Shown here: positions 1 through 9,810 of the stretch, one piece after another
How positions within the stretch are numbered: the first letter of the stretch is position 1
Layout of the letters: the number at the start of each line of letters is the position of its first letter
Origin: a virus
DNA: 42,175 nucleotides
IMG/VR virus record: IMGVR_UViG_3300009537_000050
Span: 1-42,175 of that record
Reading direction: 5' to 3' (one strand)
Position numbers and translations under genes: made by a program
Notes under the pieces: model-generated
Databases searched by the model: none
Told to the model about the DNA's origin: nothing
Seen by the model: the letters and a program-made list of their open reading frames with translations, nothing else

Positions 1-99
1 CGCCATGCACAGACGCGGACGATATCGGCACGGTTACCGGCCCAAACGTTAGCGGCAATGAACGCATCAGCAATCGAAGCCGCTTGCGCTCCGGTGATA
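1..99. repeat. 99-bp terminal direct repeat, identical to 42077..42175 (genome closure / terminal redundancy)
   Basis: Bases 1-99 read identically to 42077-42175. The repeat lies inside an ORF that is complete only when the ends are joined. Confidence 0.95.
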
Positions 100-218
100 G
101 ACACCCTGTTACCGCCAGTCTCGTAGACGTAATCGCCTGGCGCAGCTCCGGCGATAGCAGCTAGCGTCGAACCAAACGAGATACCAAGCGCGACAGAGAA
201 CCATTTAATAGCCTTCAT
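1..218 (-). CDS. 5' part of a 107-aa wrap-around ORF; small late protein with a signal-peptide-like N-terminus
   Basis: ATG at 218 with GGAG 8 nt upstream. The N-terminus MKAIKWFSVALGISFGSTLAAIAGA-AP looks like a Sec signal. The frame continues from base 1 into 42076 and stops at 41971-41973. Confidence 0.6.
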   Translation of the reverse strand, partial: MKAIKWFSVALGISFGSTLAAIAGAAPGDYVYETGGNRVSITGAQAASIADAFIAANVWAGNRADIVRVCAW

Positions 219-230
219 ATCAAAAACTCC

Positions 231-1379
231 TTACTGTGGTGTCACAACAGCGGTTTCGTTCAAGAACAGAGTGTAATGAATTTCGTGCGTAGTAGTGGTT
301 AGACTTGTGTCCGATGTAATCTTCAGATTCAAAACGTTGCTTCCGGCGTCGGCGCAGGTAAAGTCAACACTAAGTGTGCCGGCCGTAACCACTTGGGCGT
401 TGAAGCTTGCAGGTGTAGTTCCGATATCGCAGGTAATGGTCCCCGCCTTATTCGCCGCGACAAACGGAACCGTATTAGCTTCAACCTGCAGGTCCCCGCC
501 CGCGTCTGAAGCGTATATTGCATACTGAATGATGCCGGATACGTGGCTACCAGAAGCTACAGCCATTGTCGCAAAAGTCGTAGCAACGTTGTCTGGTAGA
601 CTTCCCTTGACTTGGTCGGCCAACCTAACGTAAGTCCCGTTGATGTGCATCCCACCTTCGAGCGGTGTGATTACCCCGTCTGTCTGGTCGTGGGTGAAAT
701 CTATACAATCTGTGGGGGATGAATCTGGGTCGTTCGAACAAAGTCGAATTGTCAGAGTCGGTGCAGGTGTACCGGTTCCGAATGTAGTATCTTCTTCAGT
801 TCCAAGAGGTGCGAACAAGATATAGTTCTGGCCTCGATTGTCGTTTGGGTCGACTGTGAATAACCAACCGACGTCGTCACGCGCTGAAATCTTACCTATA
901 GGCTGTGTCCAAGAACCTGAACGCGTCCATATCATGGAACGACCAGCGGCTTGACGGAGGACGTAGTTATCAACAGCTACCCAGAAGTTGGTTGCTGTAA
1001 GACCAGCGTCACCACTCGCGCTAATACAAACTTCATCTGTGGCACTAACATTTGTGTAGCAAGCACCAGAACTACCCACCTGGAGCTGTTGAGACGATGA
1101 CGTTATGCGGTTGTCTAGCATATCGATGTCGTCCCACATCTCTATATCTGCGCCGCTCGTAGACCCAAGAACATCAGTCCAGATTGAGCCTGCTGCAGAA
1201 GCAGTGAACGTCGACGTTGTAGTGGTAGGTCCAACGATTGTGCCACCACCAGAAGAGAAGAACTCTTGTGTCGGGTACACCTGCGCTAGTGCGGAGTACC
1301 CGGTAACACAAAGGAAGAAGGCAATGCCCAACAGCATCAGCCATTCGGCACGCGTAAACGGTTTACGTTGTTCTTTCAT
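231..1379 (-). CDS. Exported or membrane-anchored late protein, unknown function (382 aa)
   Basis: The ATG overlaps the upstream stop (TAATG). The N-terminus has a basic stretch, then WLMLLGIAFFLCVTGYSALA-QV (signal peptide or anchor). The rest is Thr/Ser/Gly-rich. No family recognised. Confidence 0.6.
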   Translation of the reverse strand: MKEQRKPFTRAEWLMLLGIAFFLCVTGYSALAQVYPTQEFFSSGGGTIVGPTTTTSTFTASAAGSIWTDVLGSTSGADIEMWDDIDMLDNRITSSSQQLQVGSSGACYTNVSATDEVCISASGDAGLTATNFWVAVDNYVLRQAAGRSMIWTRSGSWTQPIGKISARDDVGWLFTVDPNDNRGQNYILFAPLGTEEDTTFGTGTPAPTLTIRLCSNDPDSSPTDCIDFTHDQTDGVITPLEGGMHINGTYVRLADQVKGSLPDNVATTFATMAVASGSHVSGIIQYAIYASDAGGDLQVEANTVPFVAANKAGTITCDIGTTPASFNAQVVTAGTLSVDFTCADAGSNVLNLKITSDTSLTTTTHEIHYTLFLNETAVVTPQ

Positions 1380-1861
1380 TAGTTGGCCTCTAGTTCGCCC
1401 TTGATAGTTACAACGTCACCAGCAGCAGGGCTACCACCGTGAGCCATGACGCAAGAAAGATTCTTTACTCCACCCACCCCCATTTCAATCGTGTAGCTCT
1501 TATCCGTCGTAAGCGATGGAGTGACGAAGACACCAGCAAAGTTCAGGGTGCAAGTTCCGGTCGATACGGTACAGGTAGTGGGGGCGTAGGCGTTATCTGC
1601 CGCTGTTGGTCCACCAGTACAAGTAAGCGTTAAGGTACCGTTGTTAGCGTGCGTGAACGCTACATGGAAGAACGCTTTGTTGTACCCTTTCAGAAGATTG
1701 CTACTAACGGTGAAGGTTCGAGAACCTGCAACCGCGTTCAACGACACAGCGTTGAGAAGCGTACCAAGCTGATACGTAGAGTGTAGACCGGCCTCCTTCT
1801 GTGCGTGTGCGGGTGCAGCCAACGCCAATGAAAGAACGATAATTGAGAGTAGCTTCTTCAT
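1379..1861 (-). CDS. Secreted small Cys-containing late protein (160 aa)
   Basis: Textbook Sec signal MKKLLSIIVLSLALAAPAHA-QK. GGAG lies upstream of the ATG. The mature part is beta-rich with several Cys. Confidence 0.65.
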   Translation of the reverse strand: MKKLLSIIVLSLALAAPAHAQKEAGLHSTYQLGTLLNAVSLNAVAGSRTFTVSSNLLKGYNKAFFHVAFTHANNGTLTLTCTGGPTAADNAYAPTTCTVSTGTCTLNFAGVFVTPSLTTDKSYTIEMGVGGVKNLSCVMAHGGSPAAGDVVTIKGELEAN

Positions 1862-1873
1862 ATCAATAGACTC

Positions 1874-2800
1874 CTATGGTGGGGTAATTCCTACCTCTTG
1901 AACACCGAACCACGTATTGTCTAAACCCGGGTCTGTGTTCTTATTAACAGACGAATAACCAACAGCGTTCAGCGTGTCACCTTTAGCCAAAAGAATTGGA
2001 GCGCTAGTTGTTATTGACAGGTCCCCTGTGGTGCCTGGAGCACCTCCAGTCGTACCGAGACGGACAGCGTGTTTACCATGCGTCGGATTCCATACACCGG
2101 CAACGTGATTCTTAAAGAAGCCGATACCCACCACCTGGTCATCGTCAGCGTTTTCAATACCCATGCCGGCGGTCGCTAGTACCCATTGAGCATAGGGCGC
2201 TGTGTACGTATCAGTGCCAAGCGGTAGGAGGAAGTTAGTATTCCCATTGCCGAAGTCTAGGATGCGTTGCTCAAAGGTCAACATCGCCCATGTACCGCCA
2301 GTGAGAGCTTGCAACGTATCTGAATAAACCACTGAACCAGTAGGTCCAGGGGTTAACAACGCAGCGTCGACCCACATATTGAACGCCGCTCCAGCTCCGC
2401 TATTTCCATACACGTAAATCTTTGCGAACCTAGCCCCATCGTTAAATGTCAAATATTCGTGATGCGTCTCCCAGGTTGTGGCGGCAGCCGGACGACCTGA
2501 AAATACAGTACGCGTAGCAGTCAAAGACAATGCGCTGTTGTATTCCAAAACCTGCATAGCACAGGTTTCATGTCCAGCAATGGTACTTGTTCGGAGGGAG
2601 AACTTCGCCACCATCGTTCTCCCACCGTGGATAGGTATATATTTGCTGGTTATAAGTTCGATGTCGTGACTCTTCGTAACGTTGTCCACGGCAAGTAGGA
2701 ACGAACCATCACCGCTTCTCTCCTGCGTCGTATCGAATGAAACGTCTGTATCCCATGCTGTAGGACTGACGACATCCCAACCTGAACGCTCTGAAGACAT
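1874..2800 (-). CDS. Tail fibre / receptor-binding candidate (308 aa from the internal ATG)
   Basis: The ORF track extends to 2941. However, the ATG at 2800 has AGGAGG 7-8 nt upstream and removes the 110-nt overlap with the upstream gene. The SGDGSFLL... region resembles jelly-roll carbohydrate-binding modules. The gene sits downstream of the hub genes. Confidence 0.55.
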   Translation of the reverse strand: MSSERSGWDVVSPTAWDTDVSFDTTQERSGDGSFLLAVDNVTKSHDIELITSKYIPIHGGRTMVAKFSLRTSTIAGHETCAMQVLEYNSALSLTATRTVFSGRPAAATTWETHHEYLTFNDGARFAKIYVYGNSGAGAAFNMWVDAALLTPGPTGSVVYSDTLQALTGGTWAMLTFEQRILDFGNGNTNFLLPLGTDTYTAPYAQWVLATAGMGIENADDDQVVGIGFFKNHVAGVWNPTHGKHAVRLGTTGGAPGTTGDLSITTSAPILLAKGDTLNAVGYSSVNKNTDPGLDNTWFGVQEVGITPP

Positions 2801-2831
2801 AGTTAGTTCCTCCTGTTCCCAACCGCCGCAA

Positions 2832-4955
2832 CTACTTAGGAATGGCGAGATGGCCGTTAGGACTAAGTTCGAAACCACCAGAAAAGTGCGTACCCATCTG
2901 TTCATATTGCACCGTTTCAGCGACAAGCCTATGGCCATCAAGAGCCTTAGTCGGTTTGAGTTCAGTCACACTCGTAACTCCAGACCCGTCTGACACAACC
3001 TTAGCAAGGATAATCTCATTGCTCAAAGATGTCGTCGGAACCCCAGCACCTAGCGCCGTTTCGATGACAGAAATCCCGCCCATCTCCAAATCAAAATAAA
3101 CGTAGGTGTCCACGCTTGCGTTGACCGTCACAGTCAGCTGTTCTGGCAAACTACGCTGACCGATGATATTACCCGCGTCACCTGTTGAAACAGTAACATC
3201 GAACCCAGTTGCAATCGCAACAGCCATACCACTGATGACGTGACTCTCACCTACATTGCCCTGAGGTATCGGCGCGTCAAAGAATTGAGCTACTGCTTGA
3301 CCGGTCTTTATCTTTCCAGTGTCGCGTGTATTTGCGGTAGTCGTAGCTTCAGCCAGCGTCCAAACGAGTCGCGGGGGAGATGACCACCACTCTGTTGATT
3401 TTCCGACAATCTCGAACTTGCGGGCGGACGTTAACCCATCTGCGCCAAAGTCTGCGTAACCGTTCGTTGTCAATGAGACAAGGTCGCCCGGCTCTTTGTT
3501 GAACTCTGCAAAACTGGTCGGGACTTTTATAAGAGGTGCGCCTCCGTCGGCGAAGCGGTTCAGACGCTCGTTCGCCATGTCGAACGCAATCGTTAGGTCG
3601 ACCGCTCTACCAAATGGGGCGTCGCCTGTATGCGCGGCTGGGGTGGTACCTAACGCACCACGCTTCTTGATACGTATCGTTGCGGCGTTAGGGGTCTTTA
3701 CACCAGTATCATACTGGTCAGCTTCAGGGTCATAGATAGAGCGTCTGTCCGGCGTGGTACTAACGTTGAGCTGGTCTATCTCGACAATCTCATCATCGAT
3801 GAGGAGATACATCGTACGAGATGACGTGAGCTTCGCCTCAGCCTCTTGCGCTCCGGTTGGGTATGTATTCGGAGTCCAACGCGTACCGCATAAACCTTTG
3901 AAGAAACCTCCGCGAATACTAACGGTGTCACCGTCAGCTGCCCCGCCTGACGTCTCTCCAGCTGGACTGACGTTGGTCCAATCGCTGAGGATGTACGTAT
4001 ACCCCTGAAGCCACGGGTTTTTGAACTTTCGTTCAATGATTCGTTCAGACGTTCCAGGCCACGCGTAGTTAGTTTGACTTGTCGTGTCGTTACGTTGAAG
4101 TGTGGCAGACGAACGACCTTCAGCTGAGTCACTCGTTGCAACTTCTATACGATTGACGAAATTACTGTTGAGGTCAACAACGGTAACTGGACCAATCTCG
4201 TCTGTTGTCCAATCAGCTGCTGTAGCTGCAGTTGCGTCGAATATCTTGAACCGAATCTTGCCGTTTTCATCAACGTACAACATACCGTTGACAAGTTCCG
4301 CGAGTTGGTTGATAACGTCCAACGCGTTTTCAGGTTCGTTCATTCCAAGGTCGTCATAGAAATGAGCAACGCCAAGACGGGCAATCGTGTAATGACTGAT
4401 AGCTGTATACGTCGATGGGGTGAAGTCTGACGCTTGATACATAGACGAATCAAGGCCTACCTTGTTCGCAAGTATGTCTTCAATGGCGTCAAGAGGATGT
4501 TGCCCAACCCAGTATCCTGTGATTTTTGTTTTTTCGAGGATGTAAAGAGGGTCCTTGATTGTTAGGATAAGACGACCTACCTCAGTCCGTACCCCCGCAA
4601 TGATACCAGTAGGCATAAGGGTCTCGAAGTCGCCCTCAGCCAGAGAGCTAGACCCTATAGAAATGACAACTTTTTTTCCCTGAAGACGATGATTAATAAC
4701 GATATTACGGACTAGCGTATCAAGCGCAAGCTCAACCACAACTGAGCCTACCTGCGCACGTCGCGTGAAAACATCAAGACCTCTAGTGATGGGAGTTATA
4801 CGGGCGACGCTTTCGGGGTACGTCATCTGTGAACACTTCGCATCAGTAAAGCTATATGACGTAGACCCATCAACATGAATCGTCACTAGATGACGAACCT
4901 CAACGGTTCCTCGCGTCATCGCGGAAACCCAGTTAGCATTGAGGCTTCGAGACAT
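2832..4955 (-). CDS. Large tail hub / baseplate (Tal-like) protein, 707 aa
   Basis: Called from size and position (second gene after the tape measure). TAATG coupling to the upstream gene. No catalytic motif recognised. Confidence 0.5.
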   Translation of the reverse strand: MSRSLNANWVSAMTRGTVEVRHLVTIHVDGSTSYSFTDAKCSQMTYPESVARITPITRGLDVFTRRAQVGSVVVELALDTLVRNIVINHRLQGKKVVISIGSSSLAEGDFETLMPTGIIAGVRTEVGRLILTIKDPLYILEKTKITGYWVGQHPLDAIEDILANKVGLDSSMYQASDFTPSTYTAISHYTIARLGVAHFYDDLGMNEPENALDVINQLAELVNGMLYVDENGKIRFKIFDATAATAADWTTDEIGPVTVVDLNSNFVNRIEVATSDSAEGRSSATLQRNDTTSQTNYAWPGTSERIIERKFKNPWLQGYTYILSDWTNVSPAGETSGGAADGDTVSIRGGFFKGLCGTRWTPNTYPTGAQEAEAKLTSSRTMYLLIDDEIVEIDQLNVSTTPDRRSIYDPEADQYDTGVKTPNAATIRIKKRGALGTTPAAHTGDAPFGRAVDLTIAFDMANERLNRFADGGAPLIKVPTSFAEFNKEPGDLVSLTTNGYADFGADGLTSARKFEIVGKSTEWWSSPPRLVWTLAEATTTANTRDTGKIKTGQAVAQFFDAPIPQGNVGESHVISGMAVAIATGFDVTVSTGDAGNIIGQRSLPEQLTVTVNASVDTYVYFDLEMGGISVIETALGAGVPTTSLSNEIILAKVVSDGSGVTSVTELKPTKALDGHRLVAETVQYEQMGTHFSGGFELSPNGHLAIPK

Positions 4956-5869
4956 TATGCACCCAGTGCTAAGAAGTTAGGACCAAGTTCTGTTGCCCTA
5001 AGCGAGAAGTTACGTTCAGTCCACCCAGACAAAGGACCTATTAATTCCGGATTGTCGAACTCCATCCAAAGCGCGTCTGATGGAGACGTGCCAGGATTCT
5101 CGATGTACAAAAATGGATTGGTTCCAAAATCTGTATCTGTGTCAAAGAGCGTTTCGATGTCTCCGATATACGCGTCCTGAGATGGGTTGAAGTTTGCCGT
5201 CAGGACACGTTGTCCTTTGTTTCTAACGTACCGGACGCTGACGCCTGAATCTGTTTTGAACGGTTCGACCTTCGACCGTAGGTTGTACGGGTCAAATGAT
5301 AGAACTGATTTGTTCTTCAACTGTCGACGCCTTGAAAAAATTACTTCGCCTATCTTTGGTACAGCTGTGCAAGGGTCGAGCTTGAGGCGTAGGTATCTAA
5401 CGTTGCTATAACGTAGCTGTCCACCACCGGCTGTATCGTCTAGGTCTAAGAAAACCAGGCGTTTATTATCGGTTGGGGTTTGAGCTTCACAAATTTTTAG
5501 GTTTACGCCAAAGGCGTTATCATCGGCAAGCTCTAAAGCTATCTGCGCGCAAGAAGAACCGAAGTTATGATTTAAGATAGCAACTGAGTCGATAACACCG
5601 ACGTCAGCGCCAAGGTCGAAAATCAAATACCACGTTGTAAGATTAGAGTCCGGGTAGCTTTGATGATGGTCGAACTCATCAAACAGATATGACGTCGGTC
5701 CATTACTATCTGTTTCATCAGAACCGCTAGCCCACGAACCACCAGACCGCCATTGTGGGGTTACAGAGGTTGATTCGCGCAACCAGTTACGACCCATGAA
5801 GATAGGTCTATCATCAGCGCGGAGCGCAATATCAGTTGCGCCAATAGAAACGCCTGAGCCGATTGCCAT
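4955..5869 (-). CDS. Distal tail protein candidate (Dit position), 304 aa
   Basis: Immediately follows the tape measure, with TAATG coupling. The family was not recognised by eye. Confidence 0.45.
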   Translation of the reverse strand: MAIGSGVSIGATDIALRADDRPIFMGRNWLRESTSVTPQWRSGGSWASGSDETDSNGPTSYLFDEFDHHQSYPDSNLTTWYLIFDLGADVGVIDSVAILNHNFGSSCAQIALELADDNAFGVNLKICEAQTPTDNKRLVFLDLDDTAGGGQLRYSNVRYLRLKLDPCTAVPKIGEVIFSRRRQLKNKSVLSFDPYNLRSKVEPFKTDSGVSVRYVRNKGQRVLTANFNPSQDAYIGDIETLFDTDTDFGTNPFLYIENPGTSPSDALWMEFDNPELIGPLSGWTERNFSLRATELGPNFLALGA

Positions 5870-7527
5870 TACCCTGCCCTCACTAAGTTACGACCAATGA
5901 GCCTGTCGTTGATAAGCTCCTCAAAATCATCTGCCATATCAAGCAAGAATTGCTTTCGCGCCGTAGCATCTGGTATGTTCGCGAACCCTATGCTTGGGGC
6001 GAAGGTAAAGCCGCCGACGGAGCCTGCTGCAGCAACAGGCGTAGGACTCTGTACAACGCCGCCTGACGCGAATCCAGGCGCAGCAGGACCTACCGCGCCC
6101 CCGCCTGTTTGACTCGGCCTAGTTCGAAGAACAGAGCGTGCGAAACGTTCTATGTCTCTGTTCTCTTCGACCGTCAGAACCCTCTCGTTTGGCTTCAGAA
6201 GACCTAGAACAGAGTCCTGTCCAGGAGTACCTCCGCGAACTACCCCGCCGCGTTCGAACTTATTGAGGAACGCTTTTGAAAGTGTGTAAATAGCTGTGGA
6301 CGCAACTGTTGCGAGCAATGGACCTACAACTGGAATCGCAGCTTGCGATGCTGCAGCTCCAGAACCCGCAACAGCAGCGTTCGCTAAAATCGATTTAGTG
6401 GCAAATTGAACAACGGCCTGAATACTTTGTTGGGCGAACTGCTTCACGGCGGTCTTCGCATCCGTAGTTCCATCTATGAGCGCAGAAAAAGCGGCCCCTG
6501 TGATATTGACCCCACTCGTTATCAGCTCAACAGTACGTTGTTGCGCAGCCTCTGAAAGCGCAATCTGTTCATTAGTTGCTTTCGTTCTAATCTCAAGCTC
6601 CTTCCTGGCTTGCTCCTCACGAAGGGCGAGAATCTGCTGTTGAACTTCGCGTTCTCTTTGCGCGCGAGCTCTAAGAACTTCTTCTCTTTGCCTTTCAGCT
6701 TCACGTTTCTTTCGTTCCGCCTCTCTTTCCATCTTTGCCACGTCTGCCGTCAGCTTGCTCTTTCGCTCCAATCGAAGCTTCTCATTCTCTTCAGCTGTTT
6801 GAAGTTGCTTCAAAAGGTCAAGCTTTTGTCGACGGACATCGTTGGCTTTGTTTGCTACATCGATAGCTCTATCGTTAGCCTCGATGGTTCTCTGCTCACG
6901 GTCCGACAAATCTTCTTGGATGACGATTGAATTTTCATCTTCCGCATTCTTGCGGACTATAGCGTCCGTTTCTCTTTCGAGCGCTTGGATGTTTATGTTG
7001 GAAGATTCAATCTGCTCTTCAAGAAGTTTGATTTGCTGCTGCCTCGCAGAAAGGCCGAAGAGTCGAAGCTCATCAGATAACGAACGCACCGCATCCTTTT
7101 GTTCGCTAAGTCGAAGTCTCGTACCGATAAGCACTCCCTCGATGCTACGTTGCGCGTCCTCTGCCGCTTTCGTATCAGCTTTGTACGCGTCCCACGCAGC
7201 GGACCCAGCAATAAGTAACCCGGTTGCTGAAGCGAGCGCTATGCCTAAAGGACCTCCTGTAGCAGCAAGTCCAGCAACCGCGGTTATCTTATTGGCTGCG
7301 TCTGCCAATCTACCAGACATTTGAGAGGTGGCGTTTTGGAATAAGAGCATCGATGTCGATGCCTTACCAAGAGCGTCTGGGAGTTTAGCAACGCTATCTC
7401 CAGCACTCTTAGAAGAGACAGATATCCCGCCAAAGGAAGCCTTAGCATTATCACCAAGTTTCTTGATGATTGCGCTTGCGCGGTCCTTCGCCGCGATGAT
7501 AAGACCTATCTCTCTGTTGTCAGCCAC
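5869..7527 (-). CDS. Tape measure protein, 552 aa
   Basis: Follows the G/GT chaperone pair. Has a long charged coiled-coil core (EREAERKKREAERQREE...) flanked by Gly/Ala-rich hydrophobic segments. GTG start with AGGGG upstream. Confidence 0.8.
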   Translation of the reverse strand: MADNREIGLIIAAKDRASAIIKKLGDNAKASFGGISVSSKSAGDSVAKLPDALGKASTSMLLFQNATSQMSGRLADAANKITAVAGLAATGGPLGIALASATGLLIAGSAAWDAYKADTKAAEDAQRSIEGVLIGTRLRLSEQKDAVRSLSDELRLFGLSARQQQIKLLEEQIESSNINIQALERETDAIVRKNAEDENSIVIQEDLSDREQRTIEANDRAIDVANKANDVRRQKLDLLKQLQTAEENEKLRLERKSKLTADVAKMEREAERKKREAERQREEVLRARAQREREVQQQILALREEQARKELEIRTKATNEQIALSEAAQQRTVELITSGVNITGAAFSALIDGTTDAKTAVKQFAQQSIQAVVQFATKSILANAAVAGSGAAASQAAIPVVGPLLATVASTAIYTLSKAFLNKFERGGVVRGGTPGQDSVLGLLKPNERVLTVEENRDIERFARSVLRTRPSQTGGGAVGPAAPGFASGGVVQSPTPVAAAGSVGGFTFAPSIGFANIPDATARKQFLLDMADDFEELINDRLIGRNLVRAG

Positions 7528-7536
7528 TTTTGACCC

Positions 7537-8291
7537 CTACGATAATTCCCTTAGAGCCACCTCACAAACTGAAACTGCCTGATAGATTCCCATTATCTGG
7601 TCTAGCGCATCACCAGGTTCTGGAAATACACCGAACAACCTCCAATCCTTCCAAATGCGTACGAGGTCCATGACATCTCTGTCACTGATAATGCTTCTAG
7701 GGCAACGGTCTAAACCTGGAGCCCATTCCCACCCAACCTCAGCTCCTCCCCCGTCGCAATTGCGTGAACGCCTTTTCTCGGCGTCCGGCAATCTTCCGTC
7801 TGGGATTGAATTGTCGTTGCCTGGGTCGTCTGGTCTTCGGCTCGGGTCGCACCTACTACATCTCCATTCACGCACCCTGGCTGGAGCGTTTGAGAGGATG
7901 ACGACCGCGAGCCCAAGACTTTTCCCAAACCAGCATCGAGATACGCACGATTCCTTACAGCCGCCGCGATATCGTTGATGACATCTGGCTCACCGTGTTC
8001 CCAGACCTCCTCGCCTGTCGTCAATTCAATACCATTCGGCGCGTAGTTCTTAACACCACGAACGTTTTGAATGAACAATTGTCGGGCAGCTTCCTGCAAA
8101 GCCTCAGAGACAGTTTGCGCATCGTTAGCTGGGCTTTCAAGACGTTCGAACTCTCGCGCCTTCCTCGCCGTCAACCATCGAACCTCTACCGTAAAGGCGT
8201 CCTCCGGGGTATGAGCAAATACAGAGCGTTCATTGCCTACGTCTGGAACGTAGACCTCCCACTCTGAAATCTTGTTAAATCTTCTTGCCAT
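7537..8291 (-). CDS. Tail assembly chaperone GT (-1 frameshift fusion, about 251 aa)
   Basis: ORF 7537..7875 is in the -1 frame relative to 7710..8291, and that frame stays open back to the slippery site at 7926-7920. Confidence 0.6.
7710..8291 (-). CDS. Tail assembly chaperone G (zero-frame product, 193 aa)
   Basis: Lies between the tail tube and tape measure genes. It overlaps a -1 frame ORF and contains a canonical slippery heptamer. Confidence 0.7.
   Translation of the reverse strand: MARRFNKISEWEVYVPDVGNERSVFAHTPEDAFTVEVRWLTARKAREFERLESPANDAQTVSEALQEAARQLFIQNVRGVKNYAPNGIELTTGEEVWEHGEPDVINDIAAAVRNRAYLDAGLGKVLGSRSSSSQTLQPGCVNGDVVGATRAEDQTTQATTIQSQTEDCRTPRKGVHAIATGEELRLGGNGLQV
7920..7926 (-). 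promoter_or_regulatory. Programmed -1 frameshift slippery heptamer G_GGA_AAA
   Basis: The minus strand reads GGGAAAA, with GGA and AAA as zero-frame codons 123-124 of G. This is the same X_XXY_YYZ class as lambda G/GT (G_GGA_AAG). Confidence 0.65.
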
Positions 8292-8309
8292 CTTACCAGC
8301 CGTCCTTTC

Positions 8310-9521
8310 CTACGTATGCTTCAACGTAATGGCATCATTGCCACTAGCACCCAACGCTTTGAATGGAAGTGAGATAGTAGCCTCTTCGACCTGAGGAACT
8401 TGAACAGCAGACCAACCTACCTCAACCTGAGGCATATCAATCTCCAACCGTGTACCGCTTTGAGCAGCTCCACCAACGGCGCAAGCAATCGCGACTGTGG
8501 CGAAGTCTTTACGGTTGAGAATATGAATCAGATGGTCGCGTCGAATCCTGAAATTCAAATTTCCGGTAATCTCACGCATGTTCGGTATTCCATCCCTAAG
8601 ATGCTGCGTGAACGCCTCATCATTGAAGGCCTTGATGTTGTTCTTCAGCGTGAATTCAAACCCTGTAAGAACTGCTGAGAACGCCGCGTGAGTAAACGTT
8701 CCGTTGATACCGCTGACAGGCGAAGCGCTCGCGACGGTATGAGTTGGAACCCACGGAGTTACAGCGGCTGCGTCATCATGGTCGTTCGTCGCGGACGTAA
8801 TCGTAAACGACGGCGCAGAACTGTCCACAGTAACTTCAACGTTAGTCGCCGGAGAGCTGCCATCATTTATCTGGATGATTGACCGCGCACCAGCTCCAGC
8901 GCCACCGACGGCGCTGGCATTTGTAGCGAATCCGTTTTTGTCAACAGTCTGAACAACCATCGTTGTCCAAGGTGTCGTCAATCCGCCAGGCATATTCAGC
9001 GTCGAGTATCCTGTTGCAGCGTACGTCATCGCAATGCCGGAAGCCTCAATTCTTGGCTCCTCTCCCCCAGCAAATACCATCTTGAGTTCCTCTACAAGAC
9101 CTCCGGCAAGAGACTCTTGAAAAGACTCAATGAAGTGCTGAGTCATACTAAGCGTTGTCAACTGCTGCGATGAATTAGTCGCATATGTGACGTCATTCGC
9201 GTTGACGGTTTCAGTACCGAGCGCAGCGAGGAGAAGGTCACCCAAGTCCGGCGCTACGTTCTTAGTACCACTAGGAACCCACATTCCTTTATAGTTCCAA
9301 CTATAGGAACTTTTCCCAGTGATACGTTCAAGGACATCGCGTGACGCCATATATGAGTCCGTTCTATCCTTGCGCTCGATACTCGGGTCAATGTTAAACT
9401 CCTCACAGTTAGCACTGTGACCTGTAGCCGCCTTGACGAATGTCCCTGGCGTCGTCTCTTTCACCAAGAAGAACTTTCTATCAGTTCCCTTGACGTGATT
9501 TTGATTTGGTTGAAGACCCAT
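8310..9521 (-). CDS. Major tail (tube) protein candidate, 403 aa
   Basis: Lies directly upstream of the chaperone pair. Called from size and position only. Confidence 0.55.
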   Translation of the reverse strand: MGLQPNQNHVKGTDRKFFLVKETTPGTFVKAATGHSANCEEFNIDPSIERKDRTDSYMASRDVLERITGKSSYSWNYKGMWVPSGTKNVAPDLGDLLLAALGTETVNANDVTYATNSSQQLTTLSMTQHFIESFQESLAGGLVEELKMVFAGGEEPRIEASGIAMTYAATGYSTLNMPGGLTTPWTTMVVQTVDKNGFATNASAVGGAGAGARSIIQINDGSSPATNVEVTVDSSAPSFTITSATNDHDDAAAVTPWVPTHTVASASPVSGINGTFTHAAFSAVLTGFEFTLKNNIKAFNDEAFTQHLRDGIPNMREITGNLNFRIRRDHLIHILNRKDFATVAIACAVGGAAQSGTRLEIDMPQVEVGWSAVQVPQVEEATISLPFKALGASGNDAITLKHT

Positions 9522-9525
9522 CTAC

Positions 9526-9801
9526 TTACTCCTTGGACTCAACGTAAACTTCAAAGTCAGCGAAACCCGCGAGGTCCATGACCTCCTGCCTATCGTCTAT
9601 GATTTCACCGGTTGACAGAAGTCGACCATTGACATATCGACCTTTATCGCGTCCAGTGTATTTGAGACGTAGCGCCTCCTCAAAGTCATCTCCAACCTTC
9701 AAACGCTCTAATGACTTTAGGTCGTCGACGATATCACCCCACTTCAGGGTCTGTCCTCCAAACTTCTTTGGTTTCTTTCCGATGTATCGGAGACGCATCA
9801 T
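9526..9801 (-). CDS. Hypothetical small structural-module protein (91 aa)
   Basis: ATG-initiated ORF, co-oriented and tightly packed within the late operon. Confidence 0.55.
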   Translation of the reverse strand: MMRLRYIGKKPKKFGGQTLKWGDIVDDLKSLERLKVGDDFEEALRLKYTGRDKGRYVNGRLLSTGEIIDDRQEVMDLAGFADFEVYVESKE

Positions 9802-9810
9802 GATTAGCTC

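Noticed and set aside
2801-2941. The N-terminal extension of ORF 1874..2941 contains an apparent lipoprotein signal (LVLTAISPFLSSC).
   Set aside because: The extension overlaps the 3' end of the upstream 707-aa gene by 110 nt. The internal ATG at 2800 has a perfect AGGAGG at ideal spacing, so the lipobox is most likely untranslated sequence.
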